From contig NC_043009.1 in assembly GCF_006345805.1 (NCBI RefSeq), positions 54,684,001-54,748,000 on the forward strand: a stretch of DNA of 64,000 nucleotides, in the 5' to 3' direction. Shown here piece after piece: positions 35,300 to 48,332 of the stretch. This stretch comes from Octopus sinensis (taxonomy: Eukaryota). Each line of letters begins with the position of its first letter. Within the stretch, counting starts at the first letter, position 1. Position numbers and translations under genes: made by a program. The notes under the pieces were generated by a model. It was not told where the DNA came from. It saw only the letters and a program-made list of their open reading frames with translations, and searched no databases.

Positions 35300-35688
35300 T
35301 GGCTGTGTGGTAAGTAGCTTGCTAACCAACCACATGGTTCCGGCTTCAGTCCCACTGTATGGCATCTTGGGCAAGTGTCTTCTGCTATAGCCCCGGGCCG
35401 ACCAATGCCTTGTGAGTGGATTTGGTAGGCGGAAACTGAAAGAAGCCTGTCGTATAAATGTATATATATATATGTATGTGTGTGTCTGTGTTTGTCCCCC
35501 TAGCATTACTTGACAACCGATGCTAGTGTGTTTATGTCCCTGTCACTTAGTGGTTCGGCAAAAGAGACCGATAGAATAAGTACTGGGCTTACAAAGAATA
35601 AGTCCCGGGGTCGATTTACTCGACTAAACGCAGTGCTCCAGCATGGTCGCAGTCAAATGACTGAAACAAGTAAAAGAGTAAAAGAGTA
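35300..35688 (+). mobile_element. SINE family A, full length, inserted into a mariner MITE in FAXDC2 intron 1
   Basis: Same family as 32019-32420, opposite orientation. It splits the MITE whose intact form is at 15495-15719. Confidence 0.85.
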
Positions 35689-35981
35689 TTCCCCTCTCAG
35701 ATTCACACACTTATTGCAGCAGTCCTTCAGTTACTCTAACCCCTCTAAAAGATCTTGGAATGTTGGGCCTCCAACAAGGGCCTTTTGCAATACCCTAAAA
35801 GCCAGGAACTTTTCAGCAGCCCCTCGTATTGCTGCTTTACTTTGTAGAGTTACTTGTAAAAAATTCTACAAATGATAGACTCTTATTTTAGTCGGTTTCA
35901 TATCAGTATATTGGCTAGCAATGCATGAATTGTAAATGTGATTTTATGTTCCATTTGCATCAATTTTTATCTAGACTGCAG

Positions 35982-36612
35982 CTGTTCTGAAGGGTTCTGT
36001 TTAATGTGTCGAAGGCTCCCTTGTGGGCCATAGTACACTCGTCCCACGCAATAAGCTGACAGTGTTTCAGCATTTGGACCTGGTCAGAGTTCTTGCTTAT
36101 ATTGCAGGTAGGTGTTTTGACTTAGTTAAATTGAGGGGCAACTTAAAGGTGGAGAGTGAAGTTCTGTTGCCAGGCAGCAAAGTTACAGCAATCCCCAAAG
36201 ATGCGACCGCAACTGCAAAGCTCTTTTGCATCAAAGCTCTTCGCTAGGATGAGCTCCATTAGAAAGGTTTTGCCTGTACCTCCTGGAGGATCAAGAAAAA
36301 AACAAACCACCTTTCAGTCACAATAGTATAAACATGCCATTGAGTCAGAAGAAGCTTTGGTTCGGTTTCTAGGACGAAACTGGCAAGGGCATCTGTGTCG
36401 TAGGACGTCTCTCGCAAAAGAGCTGTACAAAGTAAATTTGACTCTGAATGCAGCGGTTTATGCAAACCGCATGAGGGCAATTCATTCCCACTGAGTAATG
36501 CAGCTGTATTTTCAATGTCGATCGAGGCTTGATTGTATACCTCATCGCTTATACTTTCTATCCCAGGAAAAAGCAACTTTGCCTGATGTATGAAGTCCTC
36601 CGATAAGTCACC
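35982..36612 (-). pseudogene. Helitron Rep/Hel PIF1-helicase fragment, frameshifted
   Basis: LSEDF..VYNQA.IDIE; FFLDPPGGTGKTFL (Walker A, about 36263-36289); AVASLGIAVTLLPG-like motif; TPTCNISKNS..LIAWDECTMAHKGAFDTLNRTL (Walker B). Confidence 0.85.
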
Positions 36613-36787
36613 TTTAAATTTGAACCAAAAAGACTAAGGGTTGTTCAGTTCACAAATTTGCAGCATAAAAGCAAATAGAACTGGTGGTGCCCCAGTATGA
36701 CCACAGTCCAATGACTGAAACAAGTAAAAAAATTTTTTTTAAAGATAACGAAAAAGGAAGGAAAGAATCAAAAAATGATAAACCCAC

Positions 36788-36957
36788 CATGTAATAGTGT
36801 TTCTAGCTGCAGCAAATACAAGCAAAGCAGTGCCAACAACAAAAGCGGCTTTCTTTACAGACTCAAAAAGTTGTGAATAATTCATTTTCTCTGCTGGCTG
36901 ACCCCCAGGAGTTTTCTTTGCGATACAGGGTCCAGGTTTTGTGTTACAATCAGCCAT
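36788..36957 (-). CDS. FAXDC2: FAXDC2 coding exon 1 (MADCNT...AARNTIT-W)
   Basis: ATG at 36957, preceded by an acceptor TTTACAG (36962) and 4 nt of UTR. KKAAFVVGTALLVFAAARNTITW resembles the FAXDC2 N-terminal TM segment. Donor TG|GTGGGT, phase 2. Confidence 0.9.
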
Positions 36958-39900
36958 TATTCTGTAAAGATAAAAATGTGAAAATATAACTAAAATTTTC
37001 TGGCATACAAGTCATCAGAGAATATAGTGTAAACGTTCAAACATCATCACTATCATTCTAAAGACATCTAGGTGTACAAGTCAACCTACCTTTTTTTGGC
37101 TGTAAATTTTGGTCAGAAAAATTCAAATTATGTGCCTGAAAATACAGTAAATCTCATTTTTAATCTTGCTTATTTCTTTTTGTTTTGTGCTCAAAAAGGG
37201 AATGCTTAGTTGCATACAAATTACAAAATCTTCAATGATGTTTTCATTAAATTATAAAACCTTTGGTGTTCTTTTGTAAATGACAGCAAACCCAGAGTAG
37301 AGAAAGTGTATCATTGACGAGGCTGGGAATGGTAACACAAGATCTTTGACAAACCTAGTTGATTGAGTGAGTGACTGAACAATCAATCAAGCAATTGATT
37401 AGTTAATTGGTTAATCAATTGTCTAATGAAAATAAAGAAGTGAAACAGAACCAGTGTGTTTGTTGTTGGCATATATGTTTGTTTGTTGTTGATGGTGATA
37501 TATGTATACACACACAATTTCCATGCTACATTACTCAGGGCAAAATTCTTAATTTAGGGGTTATCTTAATGTAAGATAATTTACAGGCTATATTATCCTA
37601 AGATAAAATGTGACTTAGAGTTACATTTTCTCAGGGGAAACATTGATCTCAACATAACTCAGCTTACTTAGCAGAAGAATATGTCTTCCTTTCTCAAAGA
37701 AGTTATCTGTAAGAGCAATTTCTTTCTCAACCAGTTAATGTTACATTAAATATTTTGACCTTTATGATTTATAAACAGATTAAACTTTGTTTTTTTAATT
37801 AACAAGCTATGGGTGGGATGAGGTACTCTATCAATGTGAGATCACATTTTCAAATCACACTACAAAATTGCATACATCTTTGACAAGAAACAAATAAAAC
37901 GCATTACTTGTGTTGTTGTTTAACCCAGCCCTGTTTGAGCAAACCTATGATCAAAAACAATCCTGTCAAGGCTATCCAGTCTTTTTAAGGCTATTTTGAA
38001 CAACATTATCCAATGTGACCTTCCTTTTTACATATCATTAATGTGCTATTTCAGGAAGATTTGGCTGTTGTTTCTAGCAAGTTGAGCAACCATGTAAAGA
38101 TTCTTTTTGCTTGCTCTGAGAGGGAAATTAATATTAATCTACTCTCACTTTATGTTTTTTTCTTTTTTATGGGTTTACTTTTGATCTTGCTTTTTGTTTT
38201 GTTATATTTTAAATATGATATTACTTTTTTTTTTTTATCTATTAGGAAAAGGAAAAAAAATTGCTGATGTTTTTAGATGAAAGATAAAAGAAAACACAGG
38301 TGTAAGGTTTGGATTTAGCAGAATACTACTTACAATCTAGAAAAGCTTCTAAACTCCGTATAAGATTACAAAAAACATTGGGAAAATATTGCTCTTATAT
38401 ATGTATATAATGTGTATGTGTGTATAAAAACACAAACACACACACATAAATCATGGAAAACAGATGTTAAATGATGATATACACACATATATGTATATAC
38501 ACACACACACAAATATAAACGTATACACACACACAAATATAAACGTATACACACATATAAACATACACACCCAACATTGTACCCATTTTATTCACACACT
38601 TTCTCCACACTACATTTTTTCCTCCCAAACCATCACAATATCTTTTTGAGCTAAATATAGAACATTGCATTGACTTCAGTTAACAAAACACTTTTCAACC
38701 AATTTTCTCTGGAAAATTATTTCTTAGTTTCCTTGAATTCATAATGCTGAGTAATGCCATGTTTTCACTTGTTGCATTTATACTATTGCAAAAAGTTATT
38801 TGTTTGTTTAGTTGTTGTTTTTAACCTAGGTTTATACAGAGCCCAACACACTGATTTGGGATACTAATTTTATTGAGTACATTCCCAAACAAAAGTTATT
38901 AAAATAATTTTTAATAACTTACTTAGAAAAGCAAAAAAGTTACCCTGGACATTTTTTTTTTCAATAACAAAACTATGTGTTTCGTTTTTGGATTTGGTTT
39001 GCAAGATTCTTTATATGAGTTCGTGTGTTGAAGCATATTCTGTTGTGTCTGGGGAGAGTCATTCTCTTTTAGGGCCTTATTATTTAACACACTCACCGGT
39101 AAAATTTCCACTTTTTTTTTTTTTTTTCTTAAATGGCTTATAAACACCTTAAATGGCTTATAAACACCTTCCACACTGCAATTGTTTTCGTTCCAGCACA
39201 CGATCTCAGATCAGGCCACTTGCTATGCAAGTACATCTCCGTAAAACTATAAGAGAGTACCATAAACATTTAAGATAATTATTTCATTTGTTTTTTGAGA
39301 AGGTCATCATGTCAATAATAAACACACAATCTGATTCTATTTCACTTTTTTATTATCTATTTTGTCAGTTGGTTAACTATGTAACCAACTAGCTAAATGA
39401 TTAATTCATTAATCATTTTGTCAATCAAAGAATCAGTGATGTTTGCCAGAATCATTTTGTCACTATTTGTGACCTCATTAATGACATGCTCTCTCTACTC
39501 CCGGTCTTCATCATGGCATAATCACCCTCCTCAGATACAACAAAATATGCCTTAATGCATGTGTTGGCACCAAGGATTTTACAAAAACCAAATACAATAA
39601 TGAAATAATTTAAGAGAAGATTTAGTGAAAATATCATGGGAATCTTCTTCCTATTATAATTCCACTCCCATCTATGATACATTAATGAAATATTTGTTTC
39701 AATTTTTGGCACAAGGCCAGGAATTTCGGGTTAGGAAGTAAAGTCAATTACATCAACCACAGCACTTAAATGGTACTTATTTTCTCAACCCTGGAGGGAT
39801 GACAGGCAAAACCGACTTCAGCAGAATTTGAACTTGGAATGCCAAGCATTTTACCTGATGTGCTAACGACTCTGCCAGCTTACCGCCTTGTATTAATGAA

Positions 39901-42900
39901 ACATTTGTTTCAAATTTTGGTACAAGGCCAGCAATTTTGGGTGAAGGAATAAGTCGATTACATCAGCCCCAGGGCTCAACTGGTACTTATTTCATCTACC
40001 CCAAAAGGATGAAAAGCAAAGCCAACCTTGGTTACATTTGAACTCAGAGTGTGAAGACAGACAAAATGTTAAGCATTTTGCCCGATGTAGTAATGATTCT
40101 GCTAGCTCACCATTTTGTATTAATGAAGTATTAAATGGATCCTAGTTCTTGACTTGTACTTTAATTTACTGACCTTAGAAGGAAAGATAAAAAGCAAAGC
40201 TGATTCCGGTGGGATTTGAACACAAAATGTAAAGAGCCTAATTAGATATTTCAAAAATTTTGTGTAACGCTCTAATGGTTCCACTAATCTATCACCTAAT
40301 TGGTTATAAATTAGAAAGTTATTTTTAAACTTAGAGCCAGAGTATGAGTAACAGTGTGAAATTTAACCATTAATTGTATAATCCTATGATGTAGTCTTTT
40401 ATTCATTTACTTCTTTCAGTCTTTGGACAGAGGCCATGCTAGGGCATTCCCTTGAAAAACTAGCCATTCTTTTATTCATTAAATGTTTCAGTCATTTGAC
40501 TGCAGCCATGCTGGAGCACTGCCTTAAAGGTTTTTTTTATCCAAGAAATTGACCCCAGGACTTATTCTTTGTAAACCTAGTACTTGTTCCATCAGTTTCT
40601 TTTGCCGAACTGCTAAGTTACAGGATTGTAAACACACCAATATCAGTTGTTTAGCAATGGTGGTGGGGACAAACAGACACAAACACACACACACACATAT
40701 ATATATATATGACGGGCTTCTTTCAGTTTCCGTCTATCAAATCCACTCACAAGGCTTTGGTCAGCACATAGTTACAGTAGAAGACACTTGCCCAAGGTGC
40801 CATGGGAAACAAGCTTCTTACCACACAGCCATACCTGCACCTTCAGTTCCCATTGTACAGCATCTTGGACAACTGTCTTCCACAATAGCCCCAGATTGAC
40901 CAATACCTTGTGAGAAGTGAATTTGGTAGACAGAAACTGTGTGGAAGCCCATTGTAAATGTGTGTATGTGTGTTGTCTTTGTGTTTGTCCCCCACCACTT
41001 AGCAACTGGCATTGGTTTGTTTACATCCCCCATAACTTAACAGTTCAGCAAAAGGGGCCGATAGGCTAAGTACCAGTACTGGGGCTGATTTGTCTGACTT
41101 AACCCTTGAAGCGGTACCCTGCCATGGCAGCAGACTGTAACATCTAAAATACATGAAATGACTGTTTTGTTTTTTGGATGTTGGTGAGCTCCAGGTTGGC
41201 CTTCAGTAAACAGACCTATAACCAAAGGCATTCAAGCAATGACCATCCATTATTTATTTTTAGGTATTGTATACCACAGACTACTTTATCTTATGTCTTC
41301 TTCCTTGTTTACGATAGTAGGGTATCATCCGAGTGAAACTTTGCTGCTATTTTTAGCATGAAGAGGTTCACTTGGTAGCTTGTTTCAAAGCTTAATGTGC
41401 TGGTTACCTAACATGTATGTACACACACACAAACATGAACAGAAATATGCCTCCAACAGAAAGCTATCAATTTCATCTCCATCAAACCACAGCACCTGGA
41501 TTATATAGTCACTTACTCACTCCCTCTCTCTCTTCATCCCACCATTACCAACACACACACATACACACACACATTATGTCTCATTTTCCACAACTCACAC
41601 TAAACATATTTTTCTTTATCCTTCTTTCCCAGACTTGCTATCCCTTCTAATTCCCTTCATACACATGATTTACCTGCACCCATTAGGGCCCACTCAAAAA
41701 TCTGGAAGAGCCTGCAAAAAAAGCCATAGACACTATCAATCCTACTTGGATTTAGCTTAATTCAAAAATAAATTCCTGATGTTAATTACTCAGACATGCC
41801 ATCTGCATGAGCCTCAGTGACATTTTTTTCTTCTAAATATATAATTTTTCACACCTACTCATGTACAGTAATTGTACATATACTTAATGATGTTGTCATT
41901 ACCATTTACACTATTCAGCAAAGAAGGCTAATAAGACTGAACTATGTCTGAACTTCTCTCCCTTGCTCACTGAAATAATTAAAATAATATTAGTCATTGA
42001 ACTTCGTGTTTTCTTTTTCTCTCAGTATTTAAAATTAGGTAATTAATGCTCACTAAATTCAATTAATTGATTCACTGCAAACTGAAAAGAGCTATCATAA
42101 ATATTATGAATAGAATAAATTATTTTGTATTGTAAATAAAATCTGTTCTTAATGGCTTGATGTTCGTTTATTGTTAGCTGTGACATTTACTACATTTTTA
42201 ATGTAATAATAGCAAATTATCCTCAACATGGTTGTTTAATCTGCTAGAAATAGGAGCCAAATCTTCCTCAAACCACACTCCACTATATGAATAAAAGAGG
42301 AATTAGACAAGAGAGGAAGTAAGGTAAGAGAGTTAAGAGTACCTCTAGAAGGAAAATATCACACAAATCAAATAATTAACAAGATGTGTATGTGGTGTAT
42401 TTGACATCATGCCCAGTACAAGTTGACAGAAGAATAGCTAGTGGTGGTCTAGAATCTGTATGTCAATGGGAGCAGCAACCATTGAAATGTGCTTGAGAGT
42501 GACTGAGGGATGACCACAATTTGCCTGAGAGCTGAAGATTCCCAAAGTGTTGGCAACTGATTCGGTGCAACACAGAATGTATGTGTTTGCATATGTTGCA
42601 CGCAGCTCTCAAGGAAAGTAAGCTGCAGTTTAGTGACCTTTGTATACAGCTAAAAGACCTTTAGGACTGAAATATTTTCATGCTCCAAGGAAGAAATCTG
42701 ACTTATCGATTTGCTAACCTATGAGAAAACATGCAGTCGTTTTGAAAGATTATCAAATACTGTAAAACTATAGAAGTAGGTGTAAACATACTTGGTGTAT
42801 GTCGTAAACCTGAATATTTCAATTAAAAGAAACACACGCCCTTAATGTCAATAACGATTATTACCTAAATGGTTAGCTCTGGTCAAAATGGGAAGGGAAA

Positions 42901-43518
42901 AACAATTTAATATGGGGAGTGACAAGCAAGTTGTACAATAATATTGTTTCTAATTTTGTCACAAGGCTAGCAATTTTGAAGCAGCGGGGGGGGGGGAGTC
43001 AATACCTATTTCTTTACTACCCACAGGGGGCTAAACACAAAGGGGACAAACAAGGACAGACACACGGATTAAGTTGATCACATCGACCCAGTGCGTAACT
43101 GGTACTTATTTAATCGACCCCAAAAGGATGAAAGGCAAAGTCGACCTCGGCGGAATTTGAACTCAGAACGTAGCGGCAGATGAAATACTTAGCTGGTGCT
43201 TTATTTTATTGCAGCCTAGTGGTTAGATCGCTGCGCTTACGATATAACAAGGTCATGGTTTTGATTTTCAGACTGAGCAGTGTGTTGTGTGCATTCCATG
43301 TTGCTCCAGCCATGTTACTCAGCTGTAAATAGTTAACCCTGCAACAAACTGTTGTCCCATTCATGGGAAATGTTGGGATCTCAGCTACTTACATGCCATA
43401 AAACCCAGATACCCGACCTTATGAGTTGTAGGACTGGAGATAGTAATGTCCAAGGATTGATGATGAAGATGCTGATGATGACAACAAGGATGAACAGAAA
43501 GATAAAGTTGACCTGTGT

Positions 43519-43829
43519 GGAGGCACATGGCCTAGTGGTGAGAGAAGCGGACTTGCGATCGAAGGATCGCGGGTTCAAATCTCAATCTCAGACCGGGCAA
43601 TGTGTGTGTTTATGAGTGAAACACCTAAGCTCCATGCGGCTCCGGCAGAAGGTAATGGCGAACTTCTGCTGACTCTTTCGCCACAACTTTCTCTCATTCT
43701 TTCTTCCTGCATCTTGCAGCTCACCTGCAACGGACCGGCGTCCCGTCCAGGTGCGGAATCTATACGCCAAGGAAACTGGGAAACCGGCCCTTATGAGCCA
43801 GGCATGGCTCGAGAAGGAACAAACAACAT
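43519..43829 (+). mobile_element. tRNA-derived SINE family D (others 48895-49197 +, 56967-57250 +, 58612-58883 -)
   Basis: GGCGCAATGGCCCAGTGGTTAGGGCAGCG tRNA-like head with GGTTTCGATTCC B-box and GAAACACCTAAGCTCCAC core. The body is too long for a tRNA gene. Confidence 0.75.
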
Positions 43830-44718
43830 AAAGTTGACCTTAGCAGTAATTGAACCCAGAATCTAAAGAGCTGGAAGAGATACCACAAGGTGATTTTTTC
43901 CCAATGCTTTAGCCATTCTGCCAGTTGTTTACTAACACTGAGTTCTAATTTAGTCCAAGTTAACATGACCTTTTATACATATTTACACTTCCCAGATCAG
44001 GAAGATAAGCAGTAGATACATTATGTGATAAGTGGTCAATAAGTAGATATAACACTTGACATGTGATGTTTAAAGGCCACTTGTAAACTTGATCCCGTGT
44101 TTTCAAATAAATCACTCCCCTAATTGCTTCATTATGGTTTACTAGATCTATCCATCATGAGTAACAATAACAAGTTGTTATCTTTGTAATTTATTGCCAT
44201 TAAAGCTCAAAAATCAATTAGGTTAGCTATTATTATACTGAAATATAGATAATTGTGTGTCAATCATTCAAACTTAATTATCTATAGAAGAAGCTGGTGC
44301 TTGTCTACTGTTTTTAGCATGTAGAAAATAATTAAAAACAGAAATTAGTTACAATTAAGTATGACTAAACATTGTCATATGATTGTAGGGTAAACAGATA
44401 ATTTAGTTATACATCAGAATAGGGTAAAAACCCTGCATTAACATTCCATGGGCAAGGTTGTGGGATTAACTAACAAGTTCACTTTATATCCATCCGGTTT
44501 GTGGTTTAGTTCTATTGGACGGTACCTAGGACAAGCGCTTTCGGCCAACCACTGCAGAGTGAGTGAATTTCATAGACAGAAACTTTGTGGCAGCCTGTAG
44601 TACGTATGAGAGAAAGAAAGGGGTGGCCTATGGGACCGTCAGACAAGTTGTTTTGAGAAAATTTGGTTTAGATGTTTGACAACTCAGCACCGTCCATTGG
44701 ACGGGGAGCGTTTTGCTC

Positions 44719-44755
<37 letters not shown>

Positions 44756-44769
44756 TATATATATACATG

Positions 44770-44803
<34 letters not shown>

Positions 44804-45180
44804 ATATATAGTACGTTTTATTGGCTAAACTGGCAAAATGACCATTCCTAAATACAACAATATATATATATATACACACACACACATATATATATATATA
44901 TACTTTATTTGCTAGCAAAAACTGTCCGATGAACGGCAATGGGAAACTCAGAGTAACAGGTTTTGTTGAATTTTCTGCTGCTTTAAATAAAGCATATTAC
45001 TCTACCACTGGTATTTGAGTACTCTTTTTTCCACCTTGTTTCACATTTATGTGTTTACTCCGGTACATATATATATATAACATTTTCTGTTTTAGAGGAA
45101 TACAAAAACTACCTAATTCTGCAATGGTATTTGATTTTGAAGTACACTTCCACATATATATACTTACATGCAGTTAAATA

Positions 45181-46386
45181 CAGGGTGCATAAGGTATTTG
45201 AGGGCAGATTTAGGTTTATAAAAAACATGTATAATAACAGATAACTTTATTTATCAAAAAATGCTATGAGGATAAAAATAAACCTTCTTTTGTATAATGT
45301 TATTCAATAAGCTACCTTCAGCTTCAACAACTGCTTCTATACGAGATCTAAATCATCTACATGCTCGAATCAAGTGGTTCTGGTTCATTTTGGACATTAC
45401 TCTGACTATGGCAGCTTTCAAAGGATCTTTAGTGTGATGGGTGTTTTCATTGACCTCTCTCAACAACGCTCCACATGTAATAGTCCAATGGATTGAGATC
45501 TGGGGAATTAGGAGGCCAAATGTTAAGGGTTATGTGATCATGAAAAGTTTCAGCTATCCAATCCTATATTATTAGAGCCATGTATGATAGTACAAAGTCT
45601 TACTTAAATACATATGGCCTTACATACACTGTCTACCCAGAGCTTAATTATTTCCAGGACCTCAATGTAGGTGGCAGAGTTAACCCTAAGGCCTTGTGGA
45701 AAGAAGTAAGGAGGCATCACATATCCTTCATTGCTGACAACCCTAAAATCATGACAGTTGCAGGAAATTTTGTATGCATAATATCTGGAACTTCAGAAGG
45801 GTCTAAACATAACCATCTGTCATTTCTGTTAACTTTTTGATCTTGGTCGAAGTGTTTCTCGTTTTTTAGAAAGACCAAATCAAATCTTCTGCTGGATTTT
45901 TCAGTTTGTTTAAGAGCCTTTTAAATCTGATGTAGTGATTTTCTTTTGTTTTTTTCTGACAAATTGACTTTTCCTCATCATATAAGACATATCTGATGTC
46001 TCTGTGGACATCATTTCCAACTGTTCCTTCTGACACATGGAGATCTTTTGCAACTGACCTCATGGACTTTCTGAGTTTGTAATCAATGGTCAGATGTTCT
46101 CATGATTTCAGAGCATTTGGAATGCTTTTTATGCTTTGATACATTTTCATCTTCAGTCTCTAGCTCCTTACAAACGTTGTAGATGAAAGCTCTGGCAACT
46201 TTTAAAAATCGAGATATTTCTAAATTGCTATGCTCAGCCTTTATAATCACAATAACAGCATGCCTCTTTATTTCTTGTACAGTAATATTGCCATAATTAT
46301 TTTCTAAAACAGAGATTATACCGAGTTAGCAAAAAATGCAGCAATGGCCCAAAAAAGGTATGTCCTCAAATACCTTATGCATCCTG
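45181..46386 (-). mobile_element. Decayed Tc1/mariner transposon, maT/DD37D (Bmmar1-like) type
   Basis: TA-flanked TIRs CAGGGTGCATAAGGTATTTGAGG / CCTCAAATACCTTATGCATCCTG. Transposase remnants EKHFDQDQKVNRNDRW, KFPATVMI.G, VMPPYFFPQGLRVN and WPPNSPDLNPLDY, with stops and frameshifts. Confidence 0.88.
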
Positions 46387-46438
46387 TATATGTCCAATCA
46401 TAAAACAGACATTAAATGATTTTTTATATATGTGTATA

Positions 46439-46476
<38 letters not shown>

Positions 46477-48294
46477 TACATATCCTGTTCTCTCTTATAG
46501 TTTATTAGCATCACAACAGTTTTGAGGCTCTATCATATATCAGAGCAACAGACACTACATGTCTCTTATAACCACCACCATCACCACCACAAACCCCACA
46601 TCATGCTGCATCCAATGATTTATTTTGACAGGCACAAAGCCAAGCCAACATTTTCTGTTTTAGAGGAATGCAAAAACTGCCTAATTCTGCAACGGTATTC
46701 AATTTTGAAGTACACTTCCACATTTCAGGGTCTTCTATTTCAATTCCATTCACATTTAAGAAGCATTATAAAGAGGGATATAAATCAACCCCAGAACCTG
46801 GCTGCCACTATATTTTAACAATCCCGGAAGTAGTAAAAGGCAAAGCTGACTTTGGCAGTTTTTGACCTAAGAAACTAAACTTTTGGGGCTGCAAATAAAT
46901 GCAGTTAGACATTTTTCTGATACCCTAATACCCTACAGACTCATCTCATAAGTGTGAACCTCCAGAATTATAAGAGAATTAAAAAAAAAAAATCAACACT
47001 CACTTAAAACACAAAGAAAAGATCTTAAATATGTCTTCCAATATAATATGCTATAATTTAAGAAAAATTGTGTTGGTCTGTATCAGCAACAGTGAATATA
47101 GTAGCAAGGTTAAGAGAAGAGAATTGTTTACAGTGCTGTGAGAAGATATATCTTACATAGAACGGGCTGCGCCCAACTTTGTTTTACACTAACTTAATAG
47201 CTTCAGTACTGTTCACCTCATTTTATCTCAAGTTGCTTATGAGACAAAATTCAAAATAAGTTCTGGTAGGATATCATCAACATCAGTTAATGTTCGTTTT
47301 CCCATACTGGCATGGGTTGGATGGTTTGACAGGAGCTGGCAAGCAAGAAGACTGCACCAGGCTTCACTGTCTTGTTTTGGCAAGGGTTTTATGGCTGGAT
47401 GCCCTTCCTAGAATTAAAACAAAATTCATCATCATCGTTTAACGTCTGTTTTCCATGCTGGCATGGGTTGGACAGTTTGACCGGGATCTGGGAAGCCAGG
47501 AGGCTGCACCAGGCTCGAGTCTGATCTGGTAGTGTTTCTACAGCTGGATGCCCTTCCTAACGCCAACAACTTTCTTATTAATATCTCAATTCCCAGTTAC
47601 CTGAAAAGCAAAATAAAGACAAACTGGTTTCCAAGCTAAAATACGACATTATAAATTACAAAAACTTCAGAAAACAAAGAATATAAGAAGTCAATGGTCT
47701 ATTTGACTTGTGTAACAGATGGGCCTAGCATCAATAACAACTTCGCAGTTAGTATTCATGACATTGTTAAGTCACTAAAGAGGTAAGCTGGCAGAAATGT
47801 TAGCACACTGCGCGAAATGCTTAGCAGTATTTCGTCTGTCTTTGCATTCAAAGTTCAAATTCCACCGAGGTTGACTTCTTCTGTCATTCTTTCAGGGTTG
47901 ATAAATTAAGTACCAGTTGCGTACTAGAGTTGATCTAATCGACTGGCTCTCTCTCCAAAAATTTTCCCGGAGTAGAAAAGAATATTGTTAAGTCACTGAA
48001 GATTTAGTCTAAGTGGCTTGGAGTTGCTTGTATTTTGTAATTAACAATAGCCTCCATGAATTCCCCTCTCAATCTACAATCACTATTTTGTTACTTGTTT
48101 TAGTCACTAGACTGCAGCCATGCTGGAGCACTGCCTTAAAAAGTTTTAGTCGAAGAAATCGACCCCAGGACTTATTCTTTGTAAGCCAAGTACTTATTTT
48201 ACCAATCTGTTTTGCCGAACCGCTAGGTTATGGGAATGTAAATACCCCTACATTGGTTGTCAAGCGAGGGTGGGGGAACAAACACACACATAGA

Positions 48295-48332
<38 letters not shown>

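Noticed and set aside
36023-36576. Functional helicase gene
   Set aside because: Motifs are split across frames with stops, so it was recorded as a Helitron pseudogene fragment.
42270-42760. Possible coding exon
   Set aside because: Looks like a heavily decayed LINE reverse-transcriptase remnant with no sustained frame, too degraded to classify.
45580-46063. Active transposase
   Set aside because: The first catalytic motif is disrupted by a stop and a frameshift, with further frameshifts downstream.
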